From Takakia lepidozioides (taxonomy: Eukaryota > Plantae > Bryophyta), in contig CM060732.1 in the NCBI GenBank assembly GCA_030704615.1, positions 40,176,001 to 40,240,000 of the forward strand: a stretch of DNA of 64,000 nucleotides, given 5' to 3'. This document shows positions 39,045 through 52,350 of this stretch, in pieces. The notes beneath the pieces are model-generated. The model did not search any database. It had not been told where the DNA came from and saw only the letters and a program-made list of their open reading frames with translations. Position numbers and translations under genes: made by a program. Every line of letters starts with the position of its first letter. Position 1 is the stretch's first letter.

Positions 39045-42000
39045 TTAAACTCGTTGGGTAAGCATAGTCTTCGTCGGAAAGCCGACTCGCAATGTTTTAG
39101 CCGTGCCAGTAGCATATATTTGTTTTGTTGCCAAATCATAGAACATGATGGGGCTACTAAAAAAATTATCCATCGTTGCAATATGGCCCTTACCCTCAAA
39201 TCCTTCTAGCAACCTTGTCACCACTCCATATCCACTGCCATGGGTCATATCATTCCCCTCATAATTCCCAAGATAAACCTCTAACTTTTGAACATATTTA
39301 GCCTGATGTGCCAGCCAAACACCACACCTTTAGATCCCACTTCACGGGCTTCTTACTCAGGTATTGCTGGATTCTAGCATACTTGCCCTTGTATTTCACC
39401 ATTTGCTCATCCATAGTCAAATTGGGCTTATGAAGGTGGCATACAAACCATTTAGTGCATCCAGCAACTACCTGGATTTAGCTAACATATCAAAAGCAGG
39501 GTCAGTGTCATCCGTGCACACACCCCTGTTGTTAAGGTGGAGGCACCTCATAATTGCCTTCCATCGGTTGCGGACATTGTGCACATTATGGAAGAGCAAT
39601 TGAAAAAATGCATTGTTGGCTTTTCAATACAATCTAGTGCTAGGCAGTTTTTTGATGCCCATGAAAATGTGAACAACAAGCCAAGCCTTCAACTCCGGAG
39701 TGTGATAGGGTACCACTATCTAGCTCCTTTCAGATTCCCAAGAATGTTTTCTGTCATTGCATACAAGTTGGTAATGGTGCAAATTGTGTGCAGAACTGAC
39801 CGTGACCAAAACAAATTGAAAAAATCAACTGGATTTGCCTCATCTCCAAAAGACAGACGAGGACTGGACTCCCTACCTAACCATGTAATTTCATGCAATT
39901 CAGTAGCTGATGAGTTCCACATGTCATCACCAAATAAATTAGAATGACCCCAGTGCTCTCAATGTTCAGGCATTAAAACATCCTCACGCTGTGGATTCCT
40001 GATGTCCACACAGTAGTCCATCAAGTCAGGATTGTACTCTATGTCAACAAGGTCATCATCTTTAGAATTATAATCACAATCAGAATTTGAATCAGAGTGA
40101 TATCCTTCACAACTAGGCAATTCGGCTGTAGGATCCAGCCCTAAGAGCTCAGAAACAGTGCACAACATGGATTCATCAAGATCACATACAACACAAGATT
40201 GTGATGACAGCACATACACTCCAATGACACCAAAGAAATACACAGTGTGATTCTTTGTACCATTCAAGATGTCCCAACTCGTGTCTACCACAATGCCATA
40301 TCGAAATTTCTCAATGTTGCTGGACGATGCCACATCCTGCGGTGCAACTCGGCCAGTGCCACTTTCACTATGGATCCAAAATTCCCATGTCCTCCATAGT
40401 TTGGGAGTGACCAGGAAGATCTGTTTGAGGGTTCTGAGAATTGCGCAGGAGTAGTTCGAATTGACCATCTTCTCACTCATAAAATCAAAAAGGGGTTCAA
40501 CACGATTACCTCTCTCTCGTGCCAACTGTTTCAGCATCATCGTGGCTGACAGAAGATGACTGGAAATCAGGCCAAACCCAAGGGGATCTCCCTTGTCTTT
40601 CCAATCTACCCAGCCCAAAATCTCTACACAATGGCGCCTAATTAACAAGTAACGAAAATTAGAAGGCTGCAGAAATGTAGGCCATCGCATACAAATAAGT
40701 GGCTTCAAACACATGAGGTAGTCTTCATTGATGCACCCCAGTATCTTGTCCACTTGCTCGGTTGAGGCACTTTGTGCGCACACCCATTTGACAATGGTCA
40801 AAGCCTGAGTGTCCGAATGTGCAGGAGCAAGGGGAGGCAGAACACCCGAATCCATCTTATGGATGCAAGTTAGAGATGAATCCACCCAATTCTCTGTGCA
40901 TACACACCCAGTTGATTGTCTCTCTAATTGCGCACACAAACAGGTCCACCTTCAATTTACGAGCTCCATTGTTGGTGAATGCAATGTCGGCCCAAGATGC
41001 TCAAACACCCTATACTAAGGTATGTGGCATTTGCCCAAATTGCAGGTTTCTTCAACATAAGACAACATATATGCAGCCTAAGATGCAAAAACAGAGCAGA
41101 CCACCAACGGCAACCTGTCAAGGCATCACCAATGGCAACATGCAAGTCTCTGCAAAGATCACACACGATCATAGCGCAACGCGCAAAAGGAAAGAAAAAG
41201 ATGAAGTAGAACATGCGGGAGCAAGCCAAGAACGTCGCAGAACCTGACCCCACTCCCTATGCAGCCAAAAAAAAACCCTAACCAAAAAAAAAAAAAAAAA
41301 AAAACCCTAATCACTCATTAGAATCCGGAGTGCCATGTGGCTGGCATCCCACCATAAAAAAATGGGCCCATCCGTTACAATCCGAGAAAACAAAGCCAAA
41401 AAACTCAAGATGAAGAGCAATTTCATTAATGATGGATTCTTTTGAAGGTCCAAAAATGAGAGATGGAGGGCCGGACGAATGGGATGGCGCAGAAAGGGTG
41501 TGGGTAGGGGTAATTAGTGGATTCAAATGCCACTCACACAATTCGTTTGGTGTGTGAAGGTGGATTCATCTTTAATTTTTTGAGTCAGTAAAAATGCTTA
41601 CAATGGTAACAGATTGCTGTTTGTTTGTGTGAGCTCGGTTGGGGCAGGCCAATGGGTTCAAATCCCACTCGCACGCTGTAATTATGTATGTTTATGTGGG
41701 TTCATATGTGGTTTTTGAGTCTGTAAGGATGCTTAGCCATGGTCACAAAGCTGCTGGCACAAACAACCACATGCAGCCAGCAACAAACACAAACGCAGAG
41801 ATAGCACATATACAGGTGGAGGTAGCACTGACTCACATTCACCGAATTTCCAAAATGCCCAATTTTTTACCCAATCAACTTTGACCAAGTGTCAGCACCT
41901 GAGTTTTTGCCCAAATTCCATTGTTTTTTTTGGGTTGGATGGAAGATCCCACCATGATAAACTGGGAGCAGATTCACTGAAATTGGAAATCATCCCAACA

Positions 42001-42240
42001 CTCATATATGAAAAACGGTAAATCCAATTTACAGATTTGATGTGTGGGGCCCATCAGTTTCAACGGTGGAATTTTCTTGATTTTCACTTGAAAATTTGGC
42101 ATGTCCCTGCAGCAAGTAGCTACGCACCCAACGTGCAGTCATAATTTTAAAATTCTCATTTTTCTAGAAATTACCCTCCATTTTCTGCTAGAGGTCAGAT
42201 TATTCCAAAAAGTAAAATATGATTGCGGGGCTCTTAAGGG
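39045..42240 (-). mobile_element. piggyBac-family element: decayed transposase and one intact end
   Basis: DDE_Tnp_1_7 motifs PVDFFNLFW, IMRCLHL, TMDEQMVKYKG, KPVKW.LKVW, GHIATMDNFFSSP, YATGT. The terminus AAGGG|TTAA is at 42240/42241-42244. The other end was not found. Confidence 0.85.
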
Positions 42241-43355
42241 TTAAGCCAATGACACCTTAGCTAAGGGAATCCACCATACAACACTCACACACATTCTTAC
42301 TCAAGAAGTGGAGCTAGCAATATGTGTAGTAGCACGATGATTAGGTGCACGCAAATGGTTAAAATCTGTCCCCAATTATTTAGTAAAACATTCAAGAATA
42401 CGTGTAACTAGTACATCATATCAATTATAGCTAGAATGATACTCAACTAATAATAGTGCAAGACATTGACAAAAATCCTATTTCCATATATCTTCATAGT
42501 TCGGTTAGTTTCACGCACAACAATTTGTGAACATGTTTCAAAAGGCTGTTGTGCCCCGCCGGTTAGTAGCCATGACCCAAATATCAATAGATTATAGCCA
42601 ACTTGCATTAATATAAGTTTGATCCTTATTTTCATTCAATTTACTTCTTGACTAAGAGGATGATTACTATGATTAAGGGGGCCTGATTCAAGATTGCTCC
42701 CCAGGGAAGTTTTCGTAAACTTAAAAAAAAACTGAGGGGATGGGGGTTAGTTTTTAGGCCCAAGATTTATATTAGACATGAGATGAGGCCACAAGGTTAG
42801 TACATATTGGATAGCACCCAAGACATACCATCAAGGGGACATCATGGTGTTTGGAAGGCCCTCTTCTAGGGCCCAAACTTTGGAGATGTGGTAGAGCATG
42901 ATTGGGGATTGTGTTGATGCATGAGACATTAGGCTTCTTCGGAGGCTTACATCCAAGTCACACACGCACTACTTAATACCAGTTATCATACCCTTCATCA
43001 CCCTTCTCCAGTCCCTGCTATAATACAGCTCAACAGCTTGTAAAGACCGTGACACACTCCAACAACTTTCATCTAAGGACTTCATTGAAATGACTAATTT
43101 AGATACCTTTGACATTAGCTAGGGTTCTCTCAAGAATCTGTTGAAGTTGCCACCATCATCCATCAAATACATTTTGGATTGAACCCAAAACATCAATTCT
43201 TCAATGCACCATTTTGGCCCTTTGGTGTAATTGCTAAGGGTCGTTGTCAGACAATCATCTCTTCCAAAAGGGTAGGACCGTCTTTTGCTGAAGTATCCGT
43301 TGTACTCCAACCCCAAAAAGTCCAAGAGACTAAATTAATGGTGGGATCTTCCTAC

Positions 43356-43959
43356 TAAGCTTACCCACCTACCATAGGACCCAATACTGATGAACTCCAT
43401 TAGATAGGTTGGGTTGATGAAAGAGTTTGAATACACTATTTAAATGTTGTTTGATTAAAATTTAAATAAGTGGTTTCAATAATGATAACTTTTGTAAGAA
43501 TCATGATGGATTTTGCAAGCACTTTTTTTTTTTTGAGTACTTTTTGTCCCAAGGACAAACGTACCTAATCTAAGGTACAGCCGACTATTATAACTGACAT
43601 GAATCCAAGCTAAATTTATTAGATTTACCACTACATAGCTTGGGTTCCTATCAATCTGGTTATAACAGTCAACCCTAAATTTACCACTAAATTGCTTGGA
43701 TTCATGTTAGCTATGAAAGTCGACTGTACCTCAAATTAGATACTTTTGTCTTGGGAAGGAAAGTACTCACAACAAAAAGCAATGAGCCCATGTGTTTGCA
43801 AAGTCCATCAAGATTCTAACAAAAGTTATTATTATTAAAACCACCTAATTAAAATTTAACCAAGCAACACCCAAAAAATGTACTTGCACTCCTTCATCAG
43901 CCCAAGCAGTCTAGTGAAGTTCATGAATTTCGGGTCCTACGGCAGGGTGGTAAGCTTAG
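43356..43959. mobile_element. ~600-bp foldback (long inverted repeat) MITE
   Basis: The arms match throughout, e.g. TAAGCTTACCCACCTACCATAGGACCC vs GGGTCCTACGGCAGGGTGGTAAGCTTA, and CATGAATCCAAGC vs GCTTGGATTCATG. Confidence 0.8.
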
Positions 43960-44639
43960 AAAGTGTACTGTCTTTCTACGCTTGGTATATAAGTTGCAAT
44001 ATGCCACCACCTTGTTTCCCTGCACTCAGTTGCCCCATGTGTCAATTCTATTTAGAACGAGGCAAGAAAAAACTAGGGGTTCATTCCGATTTGCAAACTT
44101 CTAGGGCCATGTTAATCCTTAGAGGGAGAATAATCAGCCAGATTCATAGGTGGTGATCTGAGGCTGCTGGCAACAAAAAAGAAGTCCAAGCCATACCTTG
44201 ACAAGAGCAAGGAAGCATGAAAATAGGCTAGTAGAATGACGACAGAGAGATAAAGAAAGAAAGAAACAACCTTTACATCAATATGGCAGCCCAAGAGACT
44301 CTGTGATCTAACCAGAGAGCCACATCCAAGGTAAAGAAGAGCTTTCAAAGATGAAAACAAACAAAGATAAAAATGAGTTATTATGTCTAAGTGGCCCAAT
44401 GGACATGGTACGAATCTGCAACCAAAGAACTATTGAATACTAAAAGAAAGCCAAAGAACTGCTGAAATTGTGGCAAGAGAGGGACTATGTTCTCATAAGA
44501 CGTTGTTTGCCGTAGCCTTGTGGCCATTGACCTCGCGCCCAGTCTGAGAGGAACACAAAGGGACAAAAACTACCTTGTCAGGGGCTGTGTGAGAGAGAGA
44601 GAAGAGAGAGAGAGAGAGAAAGAGAAGGAGACTTGGACA

Positions 44640-45420
44640 TTGCATAAAGTCTCCGGGCAACTCCTAAACCCAAAGCAAGGTAGGTCTTGGATGCGGAGGT
44701 TAAAGTCTTTGAGGAACCACTTCAGTTCCTGCTCATATCTTCAGAGGCCTGGTTGGTTCAGGCTCATCGGATCTCATGGAGGTGAAGAGCTATCCATAGT
44801 ATATGCCAGCTCAGCCAAGACGAGTATGCTCAATCTCTGAAACACACTATGTTCCTTCCATGGCCAAGAATGCCACTTTCCATTATGAGGATCTAATCAG
44901 CTTAGAAAGCTGAAAGGCAAAAGCATCCACACGCACTCCCAATGATGCAGCCATGAGATGCAGGCTGTAGCATTACAATGACATTGCAGCCTTGTACCCC
45001 TGGGCCGACAGGATATGGTCCACTCGGTTGAGAGATGTTGTCAGTATGCAGCTGCCGAGTCCTCTCTCTCAGCTAACGACATACCAACTGTTCGATAGAG
45101 ATCTGCTCAGGTGTTTCAAACATGCACGTAGCCTTGAGGAGCGAATGGAGGTGTTCAATGAAAAACCCTGTGATACTATCTTCCACAAAAACCAGCACTT
45201 ACAGGCGTGGCCTTTGCGACTGGTCTTGGGCATACGTCCGGTTTAAATCCAGAGACCGCTTCGTTCTTTCAAAGACATGGACCCTCTCCTGCCTTGGAGC
45301 CTGCATCTTGGTCCTGCCAAAGAGGAACTATAATCTAGGGCTACAAGGGCCAACTTGGGGGATCCACGCAGACCGAATCCCCTATACAACTAAACCTTAC
45401 TCTTCGTCGAAATCGTTTCA
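44640..45420 (+). mobile_element. Possible decayed LINE ORF2 fragment
   Basis: Broken W-rich ORFs next to a GA tract and a retroposon 3'-end motif. There is no diagnostic catalytic motif. Confidence 0.3.
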
Positions 45421-46889
45421 GGTCACTATCCCATTTTCGAAGAGTGGGGTTTAACAAGACCTAGCCCACAGGAAGTATCCTCTAAAACAAGCAGAATGTT
45501 ACGAATCCAACTTGAACGTAAAAGCAAGAAACAGCCTTACATGAGAGGTGTCATTTAGAGCTCTTGACGGATGGTCTGGGATCAGTGGTCGATTGCAGGT
45601 GAGATTCCGAGTGCACAGAGTACCCTCTGTCCAGTCCCCTGCCGACATAATACAATCCAACCGCAATGCCCATACCCACACTCACCCCAGCCACACCCAC
45701 GCCCAACCCGATTGCCATTCTGCCTATCGCCCTCCCCAATATCTCTGCGTTTGGACTCATTGGCTTTTGTTGGCTGCTCATTGCAACTTTGCAGGAGTCG
45801 GAGATGAGGTGGTCTGGTATCAGGTTTAGGACGTATGGGTACTAATACACACTGACCCACCAAAACCTTTGCTGCACAAATCCAAATTCTCGAACAGGGG
45901 TTCAAGCAGAGTGGGCATGAGCGTGTGAAGGTTTCCTAATTTTCACACTGTAAGGCACACGATGTGACCATACACATGATGCCAGCCAAATATACATCCT
46001 ATCGGACGCCAGAGAAGCTGAGAAAAAATCATTTCCTTCGCCTCGAACATCTGTGTCTCTATTTTTCCTCACCTCTCAGCTGCAGGACAGATGTTGGATG
46101 GAAACACAATACAGCCTCTGTGGATCCCAGCTGAATGGTTTTCGCCACATTCTCAGACATCCTGCTCCCTACAAATGTTTCTACAAGAGCTCTAACCCGA
46201 GATTACCTGGTAAAAGATGGTATGACTGAAACATTGCCAGCCAAGACTTAAGGCTATAGGTGGCTGTCTGCGAATGGCAAAATAGAACAGACGCACCCAC
46301 ATCTGAAGCCTGTCCACCAGTGCATGTGTTGTCATGTCTATGGTTACAAGGCATATTGGGCAGAGCTGTCAGAGAAGTCAGGAGATCACCAAAAGTGTGG
46401 CCCAAATCAGACAGATCTCTGCATTGCTCATCAAAGTTTTGAGGGAGAGTTTGCAGACCAAAGAGAGAGGAGAGAATCAGAATTGGGAGACAAGTGCATT
46501 GAATTTTGGGCTTCCCTTTGGGCTTCAAGCATTTCGAATTTGATGTTTCAGTTTCAGACTTTTCTGACATGATGATGACAAATTGCCACCACAAACTGGC
46601 TTCATCTTCAATCATCTCAACAAGTTGTCTTAGGCTCACTACTGACATGTGAAGAGCCTCTCCGGTATATGTACTTAGGTGTCTCATCTTCCGATCTCTT
46701 CAGCTCCCTTTTACGTGCAAGTTCAACCTCCGCATCTTCACAGTTCTCTTCATGCCTTCTGGCCCTGGCAAGAGCTGCTCATGGATTTCTAATCATCATT
46801 ACGGCCAGCTCACAGAAAGTGCAACTCTGTCACATACAAAGGCACCAATCGTTTCTTTCAGCTTTAGTACTTCTAATCTTTCCACCATC

Positions 46890-49800
46890 TCATTTGAAGC
46901 AACACATTTCCTTCCATGCATGTCGCTCGTTTCACCTTATAAGGACAAACTGTTGGTGTATTAAATTGTGAATGCAACAATCCTGGAGAATTATGGGCAT
47001 AAACACCAAGGTTCTTGATGACACAGACAGGCGTCCCAAGGTACTTACTGATCACTCCAAATCAAAGGCCAGCTTCCCACTGTGGTGCAAAGAGAAGATT
47101 TCTTTGTGTTCCTGCAATACAAAGCGCATTTCAGCATGGATCTGGGTCTTTGGAACCTGGAATGTGTGACCTGAGACCTGGGGTTCTGGAATTAGGACCT
47201 GGGATTGCCATACAGAGCCCTCCGCTAGATAAATCATGGAGGGCGGCCCATTGGGCTGTAGATTACTTGGTAGCTAAGGATATTAACTTGTGCATTACAG
47301 AGATGTGTTAGATGTTGGAGATCAATGCTAGGTCTGTAACCCCCATTAAACCACACATGCAAGTACCTGCTACTACACAGCAAACTCTATTGTCTATTTT
47401 TTTTGAGCGTACTATGATGACATTTCCTCAAATAATGCTTTTGCAGATCATCCTAGAATCACGATATTATCATCCTGGTAACAAAAATAGATATTTGGTA
47501 ACTTACCAGTCCCCTTCATTGGCACAGACAATCTCTTCGGCTCTGCATTGGATATCCCCAATTTGTGGGTGCAATTTATCCTCTACGAAGAATGTTTTCC
47601 GGCAGTTGACCTCAATGGAGCAGTGACCTGCCTCCTTTTTGACACACTGTCGATCATTTTTCTCACCTTTGCAGTATCATCCCACCTGCCAGCTGCAGCA
47701 TAGATGCAACAATAGGACATACGTTGCAGCGTCCTGTGGATCCCAGTTAAGAAGGGATTTTGCCACACGTTCTGCCACCTCCACATTGCCATGAATTCTG
47801 CAGGCACCAAGCAAGGCCCCCAAAACAGCAGCATCTGGCTTGATTGGCATTTTATTAATGAAGTCCTCTGCTCATCCAATTGCCCTGCACGTCCAAGAAG
47901 GTCCACGATGCAGCCAAAATGCTCCAAAGTAGGAGTGAGGCCATGATCTTGACTCATTGAATCAAAGTAGTGACAACTTTTATCCACCAAACCCACATGG
48001 CTACATGCAGAGAGAAGACATAAAAGTGATACAATCTGGATCAAAGCCTTCCTGTTGCATTTGTTCAAATAGTTGGAGGGCTTCCATACCGTACCCATGC
48101 TGCGAATATCTGGCAATCATTGTGTTCCATGAGACCACATTTCGTTGAGCCATACTGTCAAACACTTGACGTGCATCTGTCATGCTCCCACACTTGGCAT
48201 ACATGTCAGCAAGGGCAGTACCCAGCATGATATCTGGAGCAATTGCAGCTTTGATGATGTCAGCATGGATCTCTTTGCCCTTGACCAGAGCTGCCAGGCT
48301 GGCACAAGCATTGAGAACACCAATGAATGTGACCCCATTGGGTGTCACCCCTTCCCATATCATCTTCTCATACATCTCCAAAGCCTCCCTACCCATTCTG
48401 AGAATATCCAGCTATCATGACACTCCATGTGAACACATCCGGCTTCAAGCCTTCCTGTGGCATGTTTTCAAATAGTTCCAGAGCCTCCCTTCTACACCCA
48501 TGCTGAGCATATCCTGCAATCATTACGTTCCATGAGACCACATTTCGTTGGCCCATTTTGTCAAACACCTGGCGTGCCTCCTTCATCCTCCCACATTTGG
48601 CATACATGTCGGCAAGGGCAGTCTCTAGAATGGTATCGGGAGCAAGTCCAGCTTTGCTGATGTCAGCATGGACCTCTTTGCCCTTTGCCAGGGCTACCAG
48701 ACTTGCACACGCTTTGAGAACACAAATGAAAGTGACTTTGTCGGGTGTCACTACTTCCCGTCTCATTTTTTCATACATCTCTAACGCTTTCTTACCACAC
48801 CCATGCTTGGCATATCCTGCGATCATGGTGCTCCATGAGACCACATCTCGCTGAACCATACTGTCAAACACTTGCCGCGCATCCTTTATGCTTCCACATT
48901 TGGCATACATGGCAACAAGGACAGTGTCCAGAATGATATCTGGCGCAATTCCCACTTTGCAGATGTCAGCATGGACCTCAATGCCCTTTTCCAGGGCTGC
49001 CATGCTGGCACATGCATTGAGAATGCAAGTGAATGTGACCTTGTTGGGAATCACCCCTTCCTGTATCATTTGCTCATACATCTTGCAGACCTCCCTACCA
49101 CCCCCATGCTTGGCATATCCTGCCATCATTATAGTCCACGTATAGACATCTCGCTCTGGCATTTCGTCAAACACTAGGCGGGCATCCACTACACTTCCAC
49201 ACTTTGCATACATGTTGACCAGGGTGGTGAGGAGAGAGATGTTTGGCTTTAATCCATTCTGAACAATGTGGGCATGCACCTGCTTTCCCTCTGCTAGGCC
49301 TTTCATCTTGATGCACTCCAGCAAGAGACAGACATAAGTGTTGGAGTCAGCTGCAATGCCTCCTTGGCTCAAAATGTGCAGTGCCTCCTTCAGTCGTCCT
49401 GCCTTACATAGGGTCCTCATATTGCCATCAGTGCCAGGAACTGCCTCTCTGGGCCCTCTTTCAAAAGCAGTAATCATCGTGGAGGTGCTTGATTTAGAGA
49501 ACTGTGCCTGATTCAGCCCTGCCATCCTGCATGACCCAAAGCTGTAGCACTCAAACTCACGTATTCCAAAGCTCCATCTCCCAAAGAAAGATTTCTTCAT
49601 GAAGCCACAGTCCTCAATTAAGAGGGTTTTGTGCAAAATCTGACACCAGCTACAATACTAGCAATCCTTATATTCATTGACTACAAAGAACCACTTCTGG
49701 TAACTGTATTCACCTTCACACTGACACAAAGGTACAACAGAAAACATCTGGTTAAAACTCCCCACTTGTACGATCTCCAACACAACTTTTCTGCTCCATT

Positions 49801-50822
49801 CTGTGCAAAGGGAGAGAAGTAACAATCCCATCATTTAAGTCATAAGATATCTGCTCTTGGAATAGGCAATGGGTGGATAGTGGCCTCCCTCGACAAAATG
49901 ACAAATATTGAGGACCACCCGCAATAAAGAGAGCACGATCATGACTTAGGATTAAGGGAATATCATACTGGAAGTACCCCCATGATCTCCCTCCAGCAGT
50001 GCTGACAGCAAACTTTTGCCTAGCTGCTTCCAGCTTCTCTAGTTGACCATCTACCCACGCAGGTCTCTTGTAGGTATCAACCCACACTGTATCGTTGGCA
50101 CTCTTGTTCTTGAAATCTGGTTCTCGAGGATGGATCTGCACTCCATCCTTGCCACCTTCAGCTATTCCTACCTCAACAACACAGAGCTTTGCCTCGCCAC
50201 AAGGAGTTGGCAATAACAACCTGTAATTTACAAAGCAATCACTCACTCCTGCTTCCCAGACACTAGTCCCTATGCTCAGTTCCTGGAATTATCATAAGAA
50301 AGTTATATGACGTCCACAGGGCCTTTGGGACAAAAGAGCGACGGAAAGTGCTATCTTAGAATTGTCAGAAAGGTTTTCAAGACACTTGGCTGTCTTCTAC
50401 TGACAAGAAATCACCTTAGTGTATCGATTGTCCCACCACTGACTGGGGTTTGAACAAAATTCCCTCCAAAGCTTCTCCTCGTCTGTACATTGGTCTTTCT
50501 GATACGAATTGCCTGAGTTGGCAATTGCCTTGCCCAATGTAACCACGGGTGGATGCGGCCTCTCCTTTACCTCCGCCTCCAAGTAGCTTCCCTTCGCAAG
50601 CCCCAGTCCATAAACCTCCCCCTCCTCTGCTAATCTCCAGTGCCCCGAACTTGGCTTCAAACTGGTCGAAACAAATACGAACGAAATGCCAGTTGGAAAA
50701 TGCAGAGAAGCGTACCCCCTACAACTTCTTGAAGAATTCAGCCCAGACCGAGATCTGCAAGCAGCGCTGTGAGGAGAACCTGAGATGACTGGAGAAGATG
50801 TGGAGAAAGCAAAGGCAGACAT
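46890..50822 (-). pseudogene. Organelle-targeted PDF-motif + PLS-PPR + E/E+ + degenerate DYW protein, frameshifted
   Basis: Ser-rich N-terminus; LWREFCSNPSQWWDNRYTK | IHPREPDFKNKSANDTVWVD..P.WV; PLS repeats at 48001-49430; E domain (GACRIHG...YAAAGRWDD); DYW remnant HHSGKLAF...GTPVCVIKNL. Frameshifts at ~48395, ~48015 and ~47870. The true start may lie further upstream. Confidence 0.85.
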
Positions 50823-51150
50823 CACTGCCACGGCTGTTTCTTCACCATCACTATTCTCCCTTTTCCCACTGCTCTTCACTCGAACTTGACATTTCCCCCA
50901 ATAAATAGAAGAGATACGGTATGTAACTTTCGGGCTCTGATATGCTGGCAAATTGTCGCATGCTACAATCGATGGTAGTGGGTGGCTAGCTATGCAACGT
51001 TGGGAGAGACTTCGAAACGATCTCAGAACAGGTAGGCTACTTGCAACTACCTGCACATAAAGAGAACTGAACACTCACTATTCGGGCCAAATCGATGAAT
51101 TTCCTTGTTTGTTCAATGAGTTGTAGTGCTCCACACTAATCTCAAAATGG

Positions 51151-51640
51151 TTGCATACAAACTTGTCGTGCACACACAAACATAACAATCTCAACTATGA
51201 CCAAACATCCAAGCAATCGGCCTCTGCATGCCCTGTTTTTGACACAATCAGGACAGCCGGCCTTTGGCATATCTGGAAAACCAGATGCTCACGGGCCTTA
51301 GGAAACTCAAGATCTACAGCATCTTCACTCCTTGCCATGCCATGGCATTATTTGACTTTCAAACTGAAGCTCGCAAAGCTTGGATCAAACTGTCTGCAGA
51401 TATCGCCAAGTATCCAGAAGCTCAACATCAGCTCCATGGAGCCTTCGCAGAGTCCTGGGCAAAACAGGGAATCATATGCGCAAGCCCTGCGCCAACAATC
51501 CGTACCTGGAGTTCAATTCCTCAATGCTCTGGGGAAGCCAGCACACGATTCTTCCCTGATTCGCCTGACTTCGACAGAGAGGTTAACTGGAAACACCTAA
51601 GGGAAAAACGCTCGGTCAAGCTCAATTTCGGCAAGTGACA
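51151..51640 (+). mobile_element. L1-like LINE ORF2 C-terminal fragment
   Basis: FDTIRTAGLWHIWKTRC resembles the W.IW..RN box at the end of plant L1 ORF2. It is frameshifted. Confidence 0.55.
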
Positions 51641-52350
51641 GAGTCTGGCTTCTCCTTCACTGGCCTTCTCGCAGCTTCTAAGCTGCCTTCGACAGGCGGT
51701 TACAGAGTTTTGTCGTCGGTTTTTCGCTTCTTTGCATTTTCACACGCATTCATTAATGCTCATCATGGGGGAGGGTGGGCATGTGGCCGACAATGGTCGT
51801 CCAGCCTGCCTCCCCGGGCCTCTATGGACCCGTGAAAACGTTTGCTTATTGGCATTCACCTTTGAAGAGACTCTGATTGACCAGGCATTAGATTGTACTA
51901 TCTGCATGTGTTATCTTGTTCTACTGTGCGCACATCGAGCTTCGTTGGTGATAGACATCGCATCCTTCGTGCAGCTGCAAGTGGGCATGTGTAAGCTTCC
52001 ACAGCAACTTGTGAAGTTTTTTCCTTCCTTGCTTCCTCCCTCTCTCCTGCCTTGTGTAACATGACTTAAGCGGGAGATGATAGTGTCCTTTCAGAGGCTG
52101 CTCAATCCTTGCCCGAGGGATCTTTTTCTTCCCCCATAAGCTCTTTGACTTTGTGAAGTTCCTTTAGTTTGTTATCTCTACCTATGTCACTCCCTGACTC
52201 TACTTCTATAAAACTGAAAGCAGTGAATTCCCTTACAAGTCTTGAGATCCAGTAATGTCAAGTCTTAACCGTTTGAAGTGCATTTGCAAAGGTTAATATC
52301 AAGACTTTTTGATCGTCCGAGCCAATCTGTAAGGCACAATTTAGAGCATG

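Noticed and set aside
41265-41312. Telomeric repeat
   Set aside because: There are only two isolated AAACCCTA units around a poly-A run (telobox-like).
46890-47120. Functional DYW or U-to-C (DYW:KP) deaminase
   Set aside because: It has stops and frameshifts, the catalytic Glu is lost and the terminus is unreadable, so the subclass cannot be assigned.
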